Origin: Macrostomum lignano
Lineage: Eukaryota
DNA length: 64,000 bases
Assembly: GCA_002269645.1 (NCBI GenBank)
Contig: NIVC01000052.1
Location: 496,001 to 560,000, forward strand
Reading direction: 5' to 3'
The position numbers and the translations under genes are program-made. The notes beneath the pieces are model-generated. The model did not search any database. It was not told the origin of the DNA and saw only the letters and a program-made list of their open reading frames with translations. Positions 17,501-32,524 of the stretch are shown here, one piece after another; the first letter of the stretch is position 1, and every line of letters starts with the position of its first letter.

Positions 17501-18392
17501 TGATTGGTTGGTGGGCTGAGGTAGGCGGCGGGAGAATTGAGGCAAGGAGGCCAGATAGCTAAGGGGTTTGCAAGCCTAGAGCGAGAAGCAAAGCAAAGAG
17601 AGCACAAAGGGAGAGAGTGGCTACTGACTGCAAGTATATATATTTAATTGGTAGGTAAACAGATAACAACACCCTTAATCCAAAAGCCAGACAAACCTCC
17701 CACACACAATGTACATGCACAAATTAATCAATAAAATATATTGTACAAGAATATCATAATGCCAGTACATGTACATAGATGGAACTACTTTATGAGAAAT
17801 AATAATGATAGAATGAAAAACAAATAATAGAATAAATACATACGAGACTACAAAGAAACAAAGCATTTAATAGTAACATAAGTGTGATAATAATACATAT
17901 AGAATATTGTTAAAATAAAATTAAAGAATACAAGTAGTACACTATGATGAATGCAAGATAAGGAAAATGGTACATATATACTTCTACAAACTACTGTCAC
18001 ATAATATTTTAGTGTTAATATTTGCCTTTGACTTTATATAATATAGACTTTCTAGTTTGTATTCTAAGAATAAAGAAGTCAAATCAAAGGCAAGGGCTTA
18101 TTATTTAGCACTAAAGTCATGAAGATTTATAAAAAATACCTTGGCTTTATTACGCATATCTGATGAATATTACTGACCAAAATTTAGTTGGAAATTATTC
18201 AAATAGGGCCTAGCATGGAGCCATAAAAGAAACTTTACAATAAGTCTACAGTCGGAGTTATCTAAATCATTCATGCACAAGTTGTATGGAAAACTAATTG
18301 CACCAGTTAAGGCAAAAAATTAATACTAGCTGGCTTACCTGTTTAACAATTCCTGAAACTTGATTAATACCAACTTGATTAATATATGCCAT
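8567..18392 (-). CDS. SND1: Divergent Tudor staphylococcal nuclease (Tudor-SN) homolog; exons 18392-18339, 15614-15195, 12893-12586, 11873-11272 (apparent +1 frameshift near 11590-11560), 10628-10205, 9792-9665, 9136-8567
   Basis: Exons 1-2 join as GIVKQ|VLSANSLIIR (SN1 start). SN2 reads AARFFVEARLLQK; SN4 reads AIVEFVASASRLRVYLP...FVKELCLQRDV...GGNLIG. The Tudor domain reads AARFSQDGQWYRA...VRFVDFGN. Junction phases are compatible. The summed length of 2506 nt is 3n+1, consistent with one frameshift. Confidence 0.88.
9841..10125 (-). mobile_element. tRNA-derived SINE (family A) in an SND1 intron
   Basis: Minus strand has A-box-like GTAGCCCAGTGGTCTAGCG and B-box-like GGCTCGATTC. The body closely matches 62481-62844. 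Confidence 0.8.
10645..10960. repeat. ~21-bp minisatellite (GGGAGATGTGAGATATGGGGT) in an SND1 intron
   Basis: Direct tandem repeat. Confidence 0.9.
11988..12593. repeat. ~52-bp minisatellite whose unit contains the SND1 exon end and 5' splice site
   Basis: On the minus strand CTCGCTAG|GTGAGTGATGG occurs 12 times: 11 decoys plus the real donor. Confidence 0.9.
12910..15065. repeat. 20-bp minisatellite (TGATCTCATCTTTCCTATTC), ~2.1 kb, in SND1 intron 2
   Basis: Direct tandem repeat. Confidence 0.95.
16098..16337. mobile_element. 240-bp MITE with ~60-bp imperfect terminal inverted repeats and TA flanks
   Basis: AAGCTGAGTGGACTAGCCAGCTGGG... at the left end is mirrored by ...CCCAGCCAGCTAGTCCACTCAGCTT at the right end. 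TA lies on both sides. Confidence 0.75.
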
Positions 18393-18884
18393 AAATGCTA
18401 AAAAAATTTCAAATTAATTCTAAAAAACGAATGAGTAAAAACGCATGCAAATGGAGCACGAATAAAGAGATAATAGTCTGACCCTTCAGTTAAGCAACAG
18501 CCATGTTTGTTTCAGTCGAATGATCCCATTCTGTTAGTGTGCAGCCAGGATCTCAGATCTTTAATGTTCGCTGATTCAGAGCGCGTAAATTCAAACAGAA
18601 TTTTAAATCTTTGAAACGATAGTTAGGCAAGAAAACAAACATGCTGCTGTGCACTCAACAATTTTAAAAACTAATATGCGAGAAAGAAATTGTTAATTAA
18701 GCAAAAATATTATTTTTACATCTGACTACTTAGCGAAGAAGAATTAACAATTCAACGTGTTATTGATATTTGCAGTTTTCTCTGGCAATACAATTTATTA
18801 TTTTGGACGCCTAGTTAAAATTAAAGGTTTTTTTCGAAAAAAAAGCCTAATTATTACGAAGATAAAAGCTTGCGGACAGAGTGA

Positions 18885-19250
<366 letters not shown>

Positions 19251-20251
19251 TCTCACATACACAGAATTTAGTGTTGCGGACCACCTGAGCAGCGACATGC
19301 CCCTCTGATTCGCGGGAATCCTATAAAAGCAGCGAAAAACAAGACTGCATTTGGCATGCAAATCCCACGGGTCAGAAGCAAATTGGGCGGGACGCCAATC
19401 GATAAAATCCCATATTGCCAGTGCTATAGTGCCATGGGCTAAAATCCTTTTCGTCTCTTTGATGTCTGTCTTTCGAGGGACAATATATTTATTGCCGCGG
19501 TAGCAAAACAGCTAATATTGTGCGTTCTGCCCGTGCAATGACTATTCATGAGCTGGGTCTTCTGGGCCACTTTGGCTGCACTTTTTGCCTCGAGTAGGGA
19601 GGGAGGAATTCATGAATAAAAATGATTCCACAGAAAAATTGCATAAATTTAAAAGAAAAATTCAACGTTGGGCTTATAGATATCGAGCGGAAACAACTTT
19701 CAAATACTTTTGACCAGATTGTGAACAGAAAGCAGTACTGGTGTAGTGTCCTTGGCAAAGTGTGTCGGCAGTGTCATAAATGCGAGGAGAACAGCATGGC
19801 TTCATCTGCTTCAGTCAAGTTTTTTTTAATAATAGAAAGAGGAAAAGGAGGAGACATGAAGAGAAGATGAAGCAGAGAAGAGTGGAAGAAGAGATGGCGG
19901 AGAGAAGAGCGGAAGAGGAAATAGAAGGCAAATAAATAAATGAAGGTCAAAGAAAGCTCAAAACAGTTTCTACTTGGCAATTGCCAATTATACTTGACTT
20001 TGCGGAAGCTTATAAGTAAAGTGAAAGCAAACTGCATCCTAAGAAAGCCGATATCAAGCCATATCCGGCTGGCAGAGCTGCTAAACTTTTCTCCTTCGTT
20101 CTGATGAGGAATAATTGAGTCTGGGGAAGCGGCAAGCTGCTCTTCCAGGCAGTCAATCAACTTGGCATTATCTGGGGAACTCAGCCAGGCTGACCGGAGC
20201 AGAAAGCTGGTGCACTGGAGCTTCACTGGAGCATTTAGCTCGTACATGTAC

Positions 20252-20712
<461 letters not shown>

Positions 20713-20974
20713 CCTATTCATTTCATTATCTATTCATTAAGCTATTCCTTGTTCAATCATTGCCTTCCACCTGCGCTGTTGCAGCTTGAGGCCAGACGCG
20801 CAGGAAAAACCCGAAGGGGAAGGCAAGGCCAAAGAGCGCTCTGTGAAGAGGGTGGCAGCGCGTCTTCCCCCCGCTTTCTCTATTGTTTTTCTTTCCGTGC
20901 CCCGGCTGCCATGGCTCTGCAGACTGCAGTGCAGGCAGTTTGAGTCCAGAGTCAGCCACCCCAGGCCGGTGTGA

Positions 20975-21072
20975 AGTGGCCAATGAGAGGGCGGCTTCCC
21001 CAGCCCAGACAGTTTGGCAAAGGAAGCTCTGGAGGCACATCAGGCCCATCGCACAAGTGGCCAATGACCGGC
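20975..21072 (+). promoter_or_regulatory. Two CCAAT boxes upstream of the calmodulin-like gene
   Basis: GTGGCCAATGAG (CCAAT at 20980) and GTGGCCAATGAC (CCAAT at 21061) both fit the NF-Y consensus. A GGGCGG follows the first. Confidence 0.4.
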
Positions 21073-21327
21073 TGTAATCCATTCTGGTGCCTTAGGCCGC
21101 CACCTCCCTCCGCCGCTCTCTGCTCCCCTCTTGTTCTCCACTCGTTAAGCTTGAGGGGGGAAGACAAACGCATTGAGTCCCCCCGCTCTCTCTCTCCTGT
21201 TCCTCTCTCTCCCTCTCCTTTTCTCTGCTTTTAAATTAATTTTCTGCAGCAGCACCAGCAGCAGTTTAGAAGCTGCAAGCAGGACTAAAAATACCCGAAA
21301 CCTGTTGCTTGCAAATCAGCCGGCAGC

Positions 21328-24047
21328 ATGTCGGAGCACCAGCAACAGATCGACCTGTCCGAGGAGGAGATCGCTGAGCTGCACGAGGCCTTCCTGCTGT
21401 TCGACAGAGACGGAGGCGGCACCATCTCCGCCAACGAGCTGGGCGACGTCATGCGCTCGCTCGGCCAGAACCCGTCGGACGAGGAGATCAAGCGGCTCAT
21501 CGAACAGGTGGACGTCGACGGGAACGGGGAGCTGGACTTCTCCGAGTTCACCATCCTCATGATGATGAAGATGAACGATGGAGAGTCAAGCGGCCAGATT
21601 CGGGAGGCCTTGAAGGTAAAAATTCGATTGCTGATGGCGTCTACTCCCGCTGTTCAGTGGCTGAATTCCTCTCAGTTCCCCAGCCCCTCAGTCCTCAGAT
21701 CCCCAGCCTCTCAGTCCCCAGATCCCCAGCCCCTCAGTCCCCAGATCCCCAGCCCCTCAGTCCTCGGATCCCTAGCCCCTCAGTCCTCAGATCCCCAGCC
21801 CCTCAGTCCTCAGATCCCCAGCCCCTAAGTCCTCAGATCCCCAGCCCCTCAGTCCTCAGATCCCCAGCCCCTAAGTCCCCAGATCCCCAGCCCCTCAGTC
21901 CTCAGATCCCTAGCCCCTCAGTCCTCAGATCCCTAGCCCCTCAGTCCTCAGATCCCTAGCCCCTCAGTCCTCAGATCCCTAGCCCCTCAGTCTTCAGATC
22001 CCTAGCCCCTCAGTCCTCAGATCCCCAGCCCCTCAGTCCTCAGATCCCCAGCCCCTCAGTCCTCAGATCCCCAGCCCCTCAGTCCTCAGATCCCTAGCCC
22101 CTCAGTCCTCAGATCCCCAGCCCCTCAGTCCTCAGATCCCCAGCCCCTCAGTCCTCAGATCCCCAGCCCCTCAGTCCTCAGATCCCCAGTTTCTCAGTCC
22201 TCAGCTCCCCAGTTTCTCAGTCCTCAGCTCCCCAGATCCACCAGTTAAGTTCTAATATTTTTGTGCACTTTTCATTTAGCCTACTTGAGCCAAAAGTTCA
22301 TGTGTTAATAAATTAAAAAGTACAATTGAGCTTTTCAGTGGAAGAAAGGGCTGGCTTTTATTAGTTTTATTTAAGCTAATTAAGGCAAAACTGACATCAG
22401 CTGGATGCACTCTGCGCTCAAACAGCATCTCCACAACAAGCATTAATTACCTGCTGCTTCGGATGCAGCAAGGAGACTGCTATGATGAAGGTGATATTGT
22501 AGAATATAGACCCCTTTTGTTTCACTTCTCTTTATGAATACTGTTTTTTTACGTCAGCATCCGTGGCAAATTCAGCCACGTGCTCCCTCTGCCCATCACT
22601 TGAGCCCTCCAGCCTCCTCTGGACAGGTTTTAATTTGACGCAAACGCAACAGAAAGTGCCTAAATATTACACAGAAGTTTAATGACAGGGAAAACAAGAC
22701 AAGTTGCTGTTTTTTGCAATGGACAGGTATACAAAGGGAGGGTAGATATAGACAAAAAAATCGATGAGCACTACTGAGTCTCTTAACGTCTGAGTCCTTG
22801 TGATGTCCTCGTGTGAGCGAATCCTTCATCAGGTTGCTTCATCGACAATCCTGTTTCCCACATCACAACATCGTCTGGCTGCATCAAAGGGACAATTTCT
22901 ATAATTTATTGTACCATTGTACCACGTGATTAAGCTATGGCGGACCTTCACTACACTAGCCCTTTCGCCCCATTCTATTTGTACAATTCTTACCCTCTGT
23001 CTGCAGCTACCTCACTCCCCAAGCCCCATTCTATGCGTACATTTCTTACCCCTCTGTCTGCAGCCACCTCACTCCCCAAGCCCCATTCTATGCGTACATT
23101 TCTTACCCATCTGTACGCAGCCACCTCACTTCCCAAGCCCCATTCTATGCGTAAATTTCTTACCCCTCTGTCTGCAGCCACCTCACTCCCCAAGCCCCAT
23201 TCTATGCGTACATTTCTTACCCATCTGTACGCAGCCACCTCACTCCCCAAGCCCCATTCTATGCGTAAATTTCTTACCCCTCTGTCTGCAGCCACCTCAC
23301 TCCCCAAGCCCCATTCTATGCGTACATTTCTTACCCCTCTGTCTGCAGCCACCTCACTCCCCAAGCCCCATTCTATGCGTACATTTCTTACCCCTCTGTC
23401 TGCAGCCACCTCACTTCCCAAGCCCCATTCTATGCGTAAATTTCTTACCCCTCTGTCTGCAGCCACCTCACTCCCCAAGCCCCATTCTATGCGTACATTT
23501 CTTACCCATCTGTACGCAGCCACCTCACTCCCCAAGCCCCATTCTATGCGTAAATTTCTTACCCCTCTGTCTGCAGCCACCTCACTCCCCAAGCCCCATT
23601 CTATGCGTACATTTCTTACCCCTCTGTCTGCAGCCACCTCACTCCCCAAGCCCCATTCTATGCGTACATTTCTTACCCATCTGTACGCAGCCACCTCACT
23701 CCCCAAGCCCCATTCTATGCGTACATTTCTTACCCCTCTGTCTGCAGCCACCTCACTCCCCAAGCCCCATTCTATGCGTACATTTCTTACCCCTCTGTCT
23801 GCAGCCACCTCACTCCCCAAGCCCCATTCTATGAGTACATTCACTCGATCCATCTCAACTACAGGTGTTTGATGAAGAAGAGACGGGCAAGCTTCACGTG
23901 GACAAGCTCCGGCAGGTGATGGTCAATCTGGGTGACAGGATGGACCCGGTAGAAGTTGACGAGCTCATCTCACTGCTGGACGTTGACCAGGACGGCAATG
24001 TGCAGACTGAGCAGATTGTCTCTGTGCTCAGCAGCTCGGCCGGGTGA
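21328..24047 (+). CDS. Calmodulin-like EF-hand protein, 156 aa; exons 21328-21615 and 23865-24047
   Basis: EF loops [12 protein letters not shown] and [12 protein letters not shown], plus [14 protein letters not shown]. The spliced junction IREALK|VFDEE is phase 0 with GT-AG ends. Confidence 0.92.
21672..22235. repeat. 23-bp minisatellite (ATCCCCAGCCCCTCAGTCCTCAG) in the calmodulin-like intron
   Basis: Direct tandem repeat. Confidence 0.9.
22985..23835. repeat. 57-bp minisatellite (~15 units) in the calmodulin-like intron
   Basis: Direct tandem repeat ending just before the exon 2 acceptor. Confidence 0.92.
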
Positions 24048-24653
24048 AGATCTTGGACTACAGTGTAAATTATTTTTACAAAAGTTACATAAAAACATTG
24101 AGAGCTCAAAGGAAAGTTAATTTAGTTAGCTTTTCATCCAGTTAATTTTAATATTTATTTGCAGTCGCATGCAAATTAGTGATAGTAGATCCATTTACTC
24201 AAATGATGCTTTATTTTTCATACGAAATTGCGGAACTCTCTCTGCTTTAAATACTACTTACTAGTTAGTAGACAATTTGGCGCACAGCTGTTTAAAATTA
24301 CATGTTATTGCAGGTTTTTCCTCTAATTTCTTCCTCAGAACATTTTTTTGTAATTTCACACAAAGTCTAGCATGCATGTACATTATTGCTACTGACTCAA
24401 GTAGTGCACCAGCTGTAACTGCTTATTTTTGCCTAATTGTTATTGCCGGTCTGCATTTTTACTCACCTAAAGCCTGCGATATAAACTATTGTTTATTTTC
24501 CTATTAAACTAATACTCATCAATATAAACTAAAAGGATCACTAAATACAACTTTTTGTAGCAAGCATTTTAAAATATTTTTGCACAGTGCTTCGTAATAT
24601 GATAAACGAATACAGGTGCTCTTAATACTCTGAGCTCCCACGTCAGCTGATCT

Positions 24654-24808
24654 CAGATTCAGATTCAGATTCAGATTCAGATTCAGATTCAGATTCAGAT
24701 TCAGATTCAGATTCAGATTCAGATTCAGATTCAGGTTCAGATTCAGATTCAGATTCAGATTCAGATTCAGATTCAGATTCAGATTCAGATTCAGATTCAG
24801 ATTCAGAT
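24654..24808. repeat. (AGATTC)n hexamer repeat
   Basis: Direct repeat. Confidence 0.95.
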
Positions 24809-25634
24809 CCATTCTATTCCTTCATCTGTGATGTGTTGGCTAGATTAGCAATCCATTCTATTCCTTCATCTGTGATGTGTTGGCTAGATTAGCAATCCAT
24901 TCTATTCCTTCATCTGTGATGTGTTGGCTAGATTAGCGATCCATTCTATTCCTTCATCTGTGATGTTGGCTAGATTAGCGATCCATTCTATTCCTTCATC
25001 TGTGATGTTGGCTAGATTAGCGATCCATTCTATTCCTTCATCTGTGATGTTGGCTAGATTAGCGATCCATTCTATTCCTTCATCTGTGATGTTGGCTAGA
25101 TTAGCAATCCATTCTATTCCTTCATCTGTGATGTTGGCTAGATTAGCGATCCATTCTATTCCTTCATCTGTGATGTTGGCTAGATTAGCGATCCATTCTA
25201 TTCCTTCATCTGTGATGTTGGCTAGATTAGCGATCCATTCTATTCCTTCATCTGTGATGTGTTGGCTAGATTAGCGATCCATTCTATTCCTTCATCTGTG
25301 ATGTTGGCTAGATTAGCGATCCATTCTATTCCTTCATCTGTGATGTGTTGGCTAGATTAGCGATCCATTCTATTCCTTCATCTGTGATGTGTTGGCTAGA
25401 TTAGCAATCCATTCTATTCCTTCATGTGTTATGTGTTGGCTAGATTAGCAATCCATTCTATTCCTTCATGTGTGATGTGTTGGCTAGATTAGCAATCCAT
25501 TCTATTCCTTCATGTGTGATGTGTTGGCTAGATTAGCAATCCATTCTATTCCTTCATCTGTGATGTGTTGGCTAGATTAGCAATCCATTCTATCCCTTCA
25601 TCCGTGATGTTGGCTAGATTAGCAATCCATTCTA
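24806..25634. repeat. 36/38-bp minisatellite (CCATTCTATTCCTTCATCTGTGATGT[GT]TGGCTAGATTAGCGAT)
   Basis: Direct tandem repeat. Confidence 0.9.
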
Positions 25635-26327
25635 ATTTTTGCACCCATTTCCACCCTAATGCCAATAAAATGAGCCAACTCAGCTCCTCATAAAAGATTC
25701 AAACGAACCCGCGCAGAAGACAAGGTTTGCCTCACTGCCGATAACGACTCAAATTGCCATTTTGGGATTGAATTTTGAGCAACAGGAGACACGAGCCGAC
25801 TGCTCCTTGCACGCCCGGTAAGCAAACTCAGTAAGGCTACCTTGGGCGCAAAGTTTGCTTAGCAGCCTGCTTTCGTGTGTTTGCCCTCCCTTCCCCCCTG
25901 ACTGCAAACTGTGGAACATTGTGGGCCCTGTCCGCTCACCCTTGCCCTTTTTCTCCTACATCTAAACTCACTTGATGCGATCTCAATGCAAGCTGAGTGA
26001 ACTGGAGTTTGAGTTAACTTAACTTTAAAACTGTCCGCTTCATACACAACTAACTGGCTTCAACGCGCATTTTTAATGGCAAAAGTGCACAGCGTTAGAA
26101 ACTGTGTGCAGCTTCTCTCTCTTCCAGTCAAATGATGAAGGAATATTGACTGGCAACTATTGAAAATGGTTGGGCTTGTTCGATGACTGTTCAGCTTTAA
26201 CTGGGGCTTCCGTCAGGGCAAGAGCAGTTATCTGAATTCCGGTGGCCTCTCAGAAAATCTTGACTGACTGATTTGACTTCGGGACTTTGAGGCTTCCTGA
26301 GTTCCAACTGTGTTCTTTCTTTTCTCC

Positions 26328-26912
26328 TCTGCTCTGCTCTCCTCCTCTCCTCTCCTCTCCTCTCCTCTCCTCTCCTCTCCTCTCCTCTCCCTTCCTCTCC
26401 TCTCCTCTCCTCTCCTCTCCTCTCCTCTCCTCTCCTCTCCTCTCCTCTCCTCTCCTCTCCTCTCCTCTCCTCTCCTCTCATCTCATCTCCTCTCCTCTCC
26501 TCTGCTCTCCCCTCCTCTCCTCTCCTCTCCTCTCCTCTCCTCTCCTCTCCTCTCCTCTCCTCTCCTCTCCTCTCCTCTCCTCTCATCTCCTCTCCTCTCC
26601 TCTCCTCTCCTCTCCTCTCCTCTCCTCTCATCTCCTCTCCTCTCCTCTCCTCTCCTCTCCTCTCCTCTCCTCTCCTCTCCCTCCTCTCCTCTGCTCTCCT
26701 CTCCTCTCCTCTCCTCTCCTCTCCTCTCCTCTCCTCTCCTCTCCTCTCCTCTCCTCTCCTCTCCTCTCCTCTCATCTCCTCTCCTCTCCTCTCATCTCCT
26801 CTCCTCTCCTCTGCTCTCCTCTGCTCTCCTCTTCTCTCCTCTCCTCTCCTCTCCCCTCCTCTCCTCTCCTCTCCTCTCCTCTCCTCTCCTCTCCTCTCCT
26901 CTCCTCTCCTCC
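26328..26912. repeat. (CTCCT)n pentamer repeat
   Basis: Direct repeat. Confidence 0.95.
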
Positions 26913-27035
26913 TTTCTCCTGCAGTCAAAAAATGTTCGAACTTACTCAAGCAATTATCTCGCTAAGACGTTTATTTATGAGTTAATTATTGCAACTCTTT
27001 CTATTCTTAGAAACTAAGCCCATCTGACTGACCAG

Positions 27036-27280
27036 GTGCGCCTGAGAAAGCTCAGACCTCACAAGTTGAGCCGTCATTCAAGTCTCAATCGACCCCCTGC
27101 TGTCTCGGCCCTCTCAACGGTGGCCACTTAATCGCTTTGTCTCACCCAGAGGCTCGAGAGATCGTTCCCAAGATGGGGGACCGGCTGAGCACCCCCACCG
27201 CGGCTGCAGAGTGGCCAATCAGAGACTTACTCAAAAGTTTCGCAGTGGACTATCAAAAGCTCATAAACCGCTTCTGTTAA
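27036..27280 (+). CDS. Possible terminal coding exon of an unidentified gene (ends EWPIRDLLKSFAVDYQKLINRFC*)
   Basis: Acceptor CTGACTGACCAG, an open frame to TAA, and GC-rich coding-like composition. Upstream exons are unresolved; a donor at ~25819 is a candidate. Confidence 0.35.
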
Positions 27281-27360
27281 AACTCAGTTTATATTTAATT
27301 TGATGTAATCTCACTCTGTAGCAACTGTATTATTAACCGATTGAATCTAACAGACCAAGG

Positions 27361-29346
<1,986 letters not shown>

Positions 29347-29561
29347 TTGATCGGATTATGCTAATGGATGCGATGTACTTTTAAGCTCAATTCTACACTG
29401 ATAAGAGTACAATCATAACAACAGCATGTAATAAACAAGGCAGTTAAAAAAATTGTTAGACATTGCGTCAAACAAAGAAATTGAATCTTGCTTTGCTACT
29501 TCCAGTAGAAATAGAGATTCATACTCTCGAAATTTCCTTATTTTCCGATTGTGGAACACAG

Positions 29562-30190
29562 CGATGATCCCGACTGTAGAGCTCAGCGATGATCCCGACT
29601 GTGGAGCTCGGCGATGATCCCGACTGTAGAGCTCGGCGATGATCCCGACTGTAGAGCTCAGCGATGATCCCGACTGTGGAGCTCGGCGATGATCCCGACT
29701 GTGGAGCTCGGCGATGATCCCGACTGTAGAGCTCAGCGATGATCCCGACTGTGGAACTCTCTGATGATCCCGACTGTGGAACTCTCTGATGATCCCGACT
29801 GTGGAACTCTCTGATGATCCCGACTGTAGAACTCTCTGATGATCCCGACTGTGGAACTCTCTGATGATCCCGACTGTGGAACTCTCTGATGATCCCGACT
29901 GTGGAACTCTCTGATGATCCCGACTGTGGAACTCTCTGATGATCCCGACTGAAGAACTCTCTGATGATCCCGACTGTGGAACTCTCTGATGATCCCGACT
30001 GTAGAACTCTTTGATGATCCCGACTGTAGAACTCTTTGATGATCCCGACTGTAGAACTCTTTGATGATCCCGACTGTAGAGCTCTCTGATGATCCCGACT
30101 GTGGAGCTCGGCGATGATCCCGACTGTAGAACTCTCTGATGGGGACTGTAGTGTAGCACTTGGCGATGATCCCGAGTGTGGAACTCGGCC
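29562..30190. repeat. 25-bp minisatellite (CTGATGATCCCGACTGTGGAACTCT)
   Basis: Direct tandem repeat. Confidence 0.9.
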
Positions 30191-30694
30191 ATGAACACGC
30201 CATTAGATGATTTAACACAGTGTAATCATCAATCAATTCATGCAATCAGTTCATACTACTTTCATCATGTATTGCACAGAATCCCAAGGCACGGAGCAAG
30301 CTGCTTTACTCATCCTATACTTTCCTCCCAACTGTCTTCCCGATGCAATTTCACAAGAAAGAACACGCCACCAGCTCAGTGCAGCAACACAAAAGAGCTT
30401 TTGTTCTCTTCAGGCATTTTCTAGCCAGATAAAAGTAGCAGGCAGCACAGGAAGCAGGACACATAATTGGCAGTCTGAATTTCCCGGAACAAAAACCTGC
30501 GCTAAAGTGGCCCTTAGCAACGAAATCCATGGGTACAAATAAATGCCAACGGTTGCTCGCCTACGAACTGTGAGTTCAGCCACTGAGTTCAGTCTCACTC
30601 TGCCTGTTCTGAATGATTGCCGCAGCCAACAGTGGCTGCACTTTATTTCCAAAATGTTGTTTAGAATTGATGCTCATTCTGTCCGACAATATCG

Positions 30695-31800
30695 GTGTTT
30701 GTCCCTGAGTCGGTGTGTGTCCCTGAGTCTGTGCGTGTCCCTGAGTCTGTGTTTGTCCCTGAGTCTGTGTGTGTCCCTGAGTCTGTGTTTGTCCCTGAGT
30801 CTGTGTGTGTCCCTGAGTCTGTGTGTGTCCCTGAGTGGGTGCGTGTCCCTGAGTGGGTGCGTGTCCCTGAGTCTGTGCGTGTCCCTGAGTCGGTGTGTGT
30901 CCCTGAGTATGTGTGTGTCCCTGAGTGGATGCGTGTCCCTGAGTCTGTGTGTGTCCCTGAGTCTGTGTGTGTCCCTGAGTGGGTGCGTGTCCCTGAGTCG
31001 GTGTTTGTCCCTGAGTCTGTGCGTGTCCCTGAGTCTGTGTGTGTGTCCCTGAGTCTGTGTGTGTCCCTGAGTCTGTGTGTGTCCCTGAGTGGATGCGTGT
31101 CCCTGAGTCTGTGTGTGTCCCTGAGTCTGTGTGTGTCCCTGAGTCTGTGTGTGTCCCTGAGTCTGTGTGTGTCCCTGAGTGGGTGCGTGTCCCTGAGTCT
31201 GTGCGTGTCCCTGAGTCGGTGTGTGTCCCTGAGTCTGTGTGTGTCCCTGAGTGGATGCGTGTCCCTGAGTCTGTGTGTGTCCCTGATTCTGTGTGTGTCC
31301 CTGAGTGGGTGCGTGTCCCTGAGTCGGTGTTTGTCCCTGAGTCGGTGTGTGTCCCTGAGTCTGTGCGTGTCCCTGAGTCTGTGTGTGTGTCCCTGAGTCT
31401 GTGTGTGTCCCTGAGTCTGTGTGTGTCCCTGAGTGGATGCGTGTCCCTGAGTCTGTGTGTGTCCCTGAGTCTGTGTGTGTCCCTGAGTCTGTGTGTGTCC
31501 CTGAGTCTGTGTGTGTCCCTGAGTGGGTGCGTGTCCCTGAGTCGGTGTTTATCCCTGAGTCGGTGTGTGTCCCTGAGTCTGTGCGTGTCCCTGAGTCTGT
31601 GTGTGTGTCCCTGAGTCTGTGTGTGGCCCTGAGTCTGTGTGTGTCCCTGAGTCTGTGCGTGTCCCTGAGTCTGTGTTTGTCCCTTGAGTCTGTGTGTGTC
31701 CATGAGTCGGTGTGTCGTCTTTGTCTATCTGTCTGTCTGTCTGTCTGTCTGTGTCTGTCTGTCTGTCTGTCTGTGTCTGTCTGTCTGTCTGTCTGTCAGT
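30695..31800. repeat. 18-bp minisatellite (GTGTGTCCCTGAGTCTGT) followed by (GTCT)n
   Basis: Direct tandem repeat. Confidence 0.92.
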
Positions 31801-32524
31801 CTAGTAAAAGTACCTCTCCTGCACGCACAGGCAAAGCCTGTTTAGCCAGACCCCCCGCTCTCCCACAAGGCGAGACTCTGTGGACAGAGCAAAGCAAACA
31901 CCGCAGCGCAACTGCAAAAAGTTCAGCCAGCCCGACTCGCGCAGATTCGATTTTGAATTCAGTAAAAAAATAGTGTTGAATAAAATCCGACATAACTCTC
32001 CTAAAGCACATGAGCTGTAATTGAATTTGCCACATTGCAGGTCCCAAGGTCAAACAGGCATAACTACTCTCGTATTTTTCTGGCTTCAGTTTTGTATTAA
32101 ATTTTATATGGATGCTTTTTTAGCAATCTGCTCCATCTGCTCATTTTTTCTACCCCCTCTCTCTCCCTCCCACTTCCTCTCCCCTCAGTTCCCCCTTAAA
32201 CCCCTCCCCGCCTAACAATGCCCCGCCTGATATCCTAGCAACAGGTGTTGAGTCCCTGGCAACGCCAGCCCTGAGGCAGAGGATTTAGATATCTATATCT
32301 GCATCGCTTAACACAAGCGCAGCATCTGCTCAGAGCCACATTCCGGCAGTGTCGCAGCTGCAGCCTGAAACCCAGGAAGCTGAGCTATTGATCTCCTTAG
32401 TGATGGAGCCGCCGTTTGGGAGATTCCCGCCAGCCTCTGGCTCCGGGCCTTCACGCAACAGGGCCTACACTACACTGGGTGAGCGACTCACTTCTGCGGC
32501 TGAGAGCTTCTCAGCCTGGCTCTG

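Noticed and set aside
22917-23872. ~300-aa repetitive ORFs
   Set aside because: 57-bp satellite inside the calmodulin-like intron.
26197-27017. (ERRGE)n and (LLSSP)n ORFs
   Set aside because: (CTCCT)n microsatellite.
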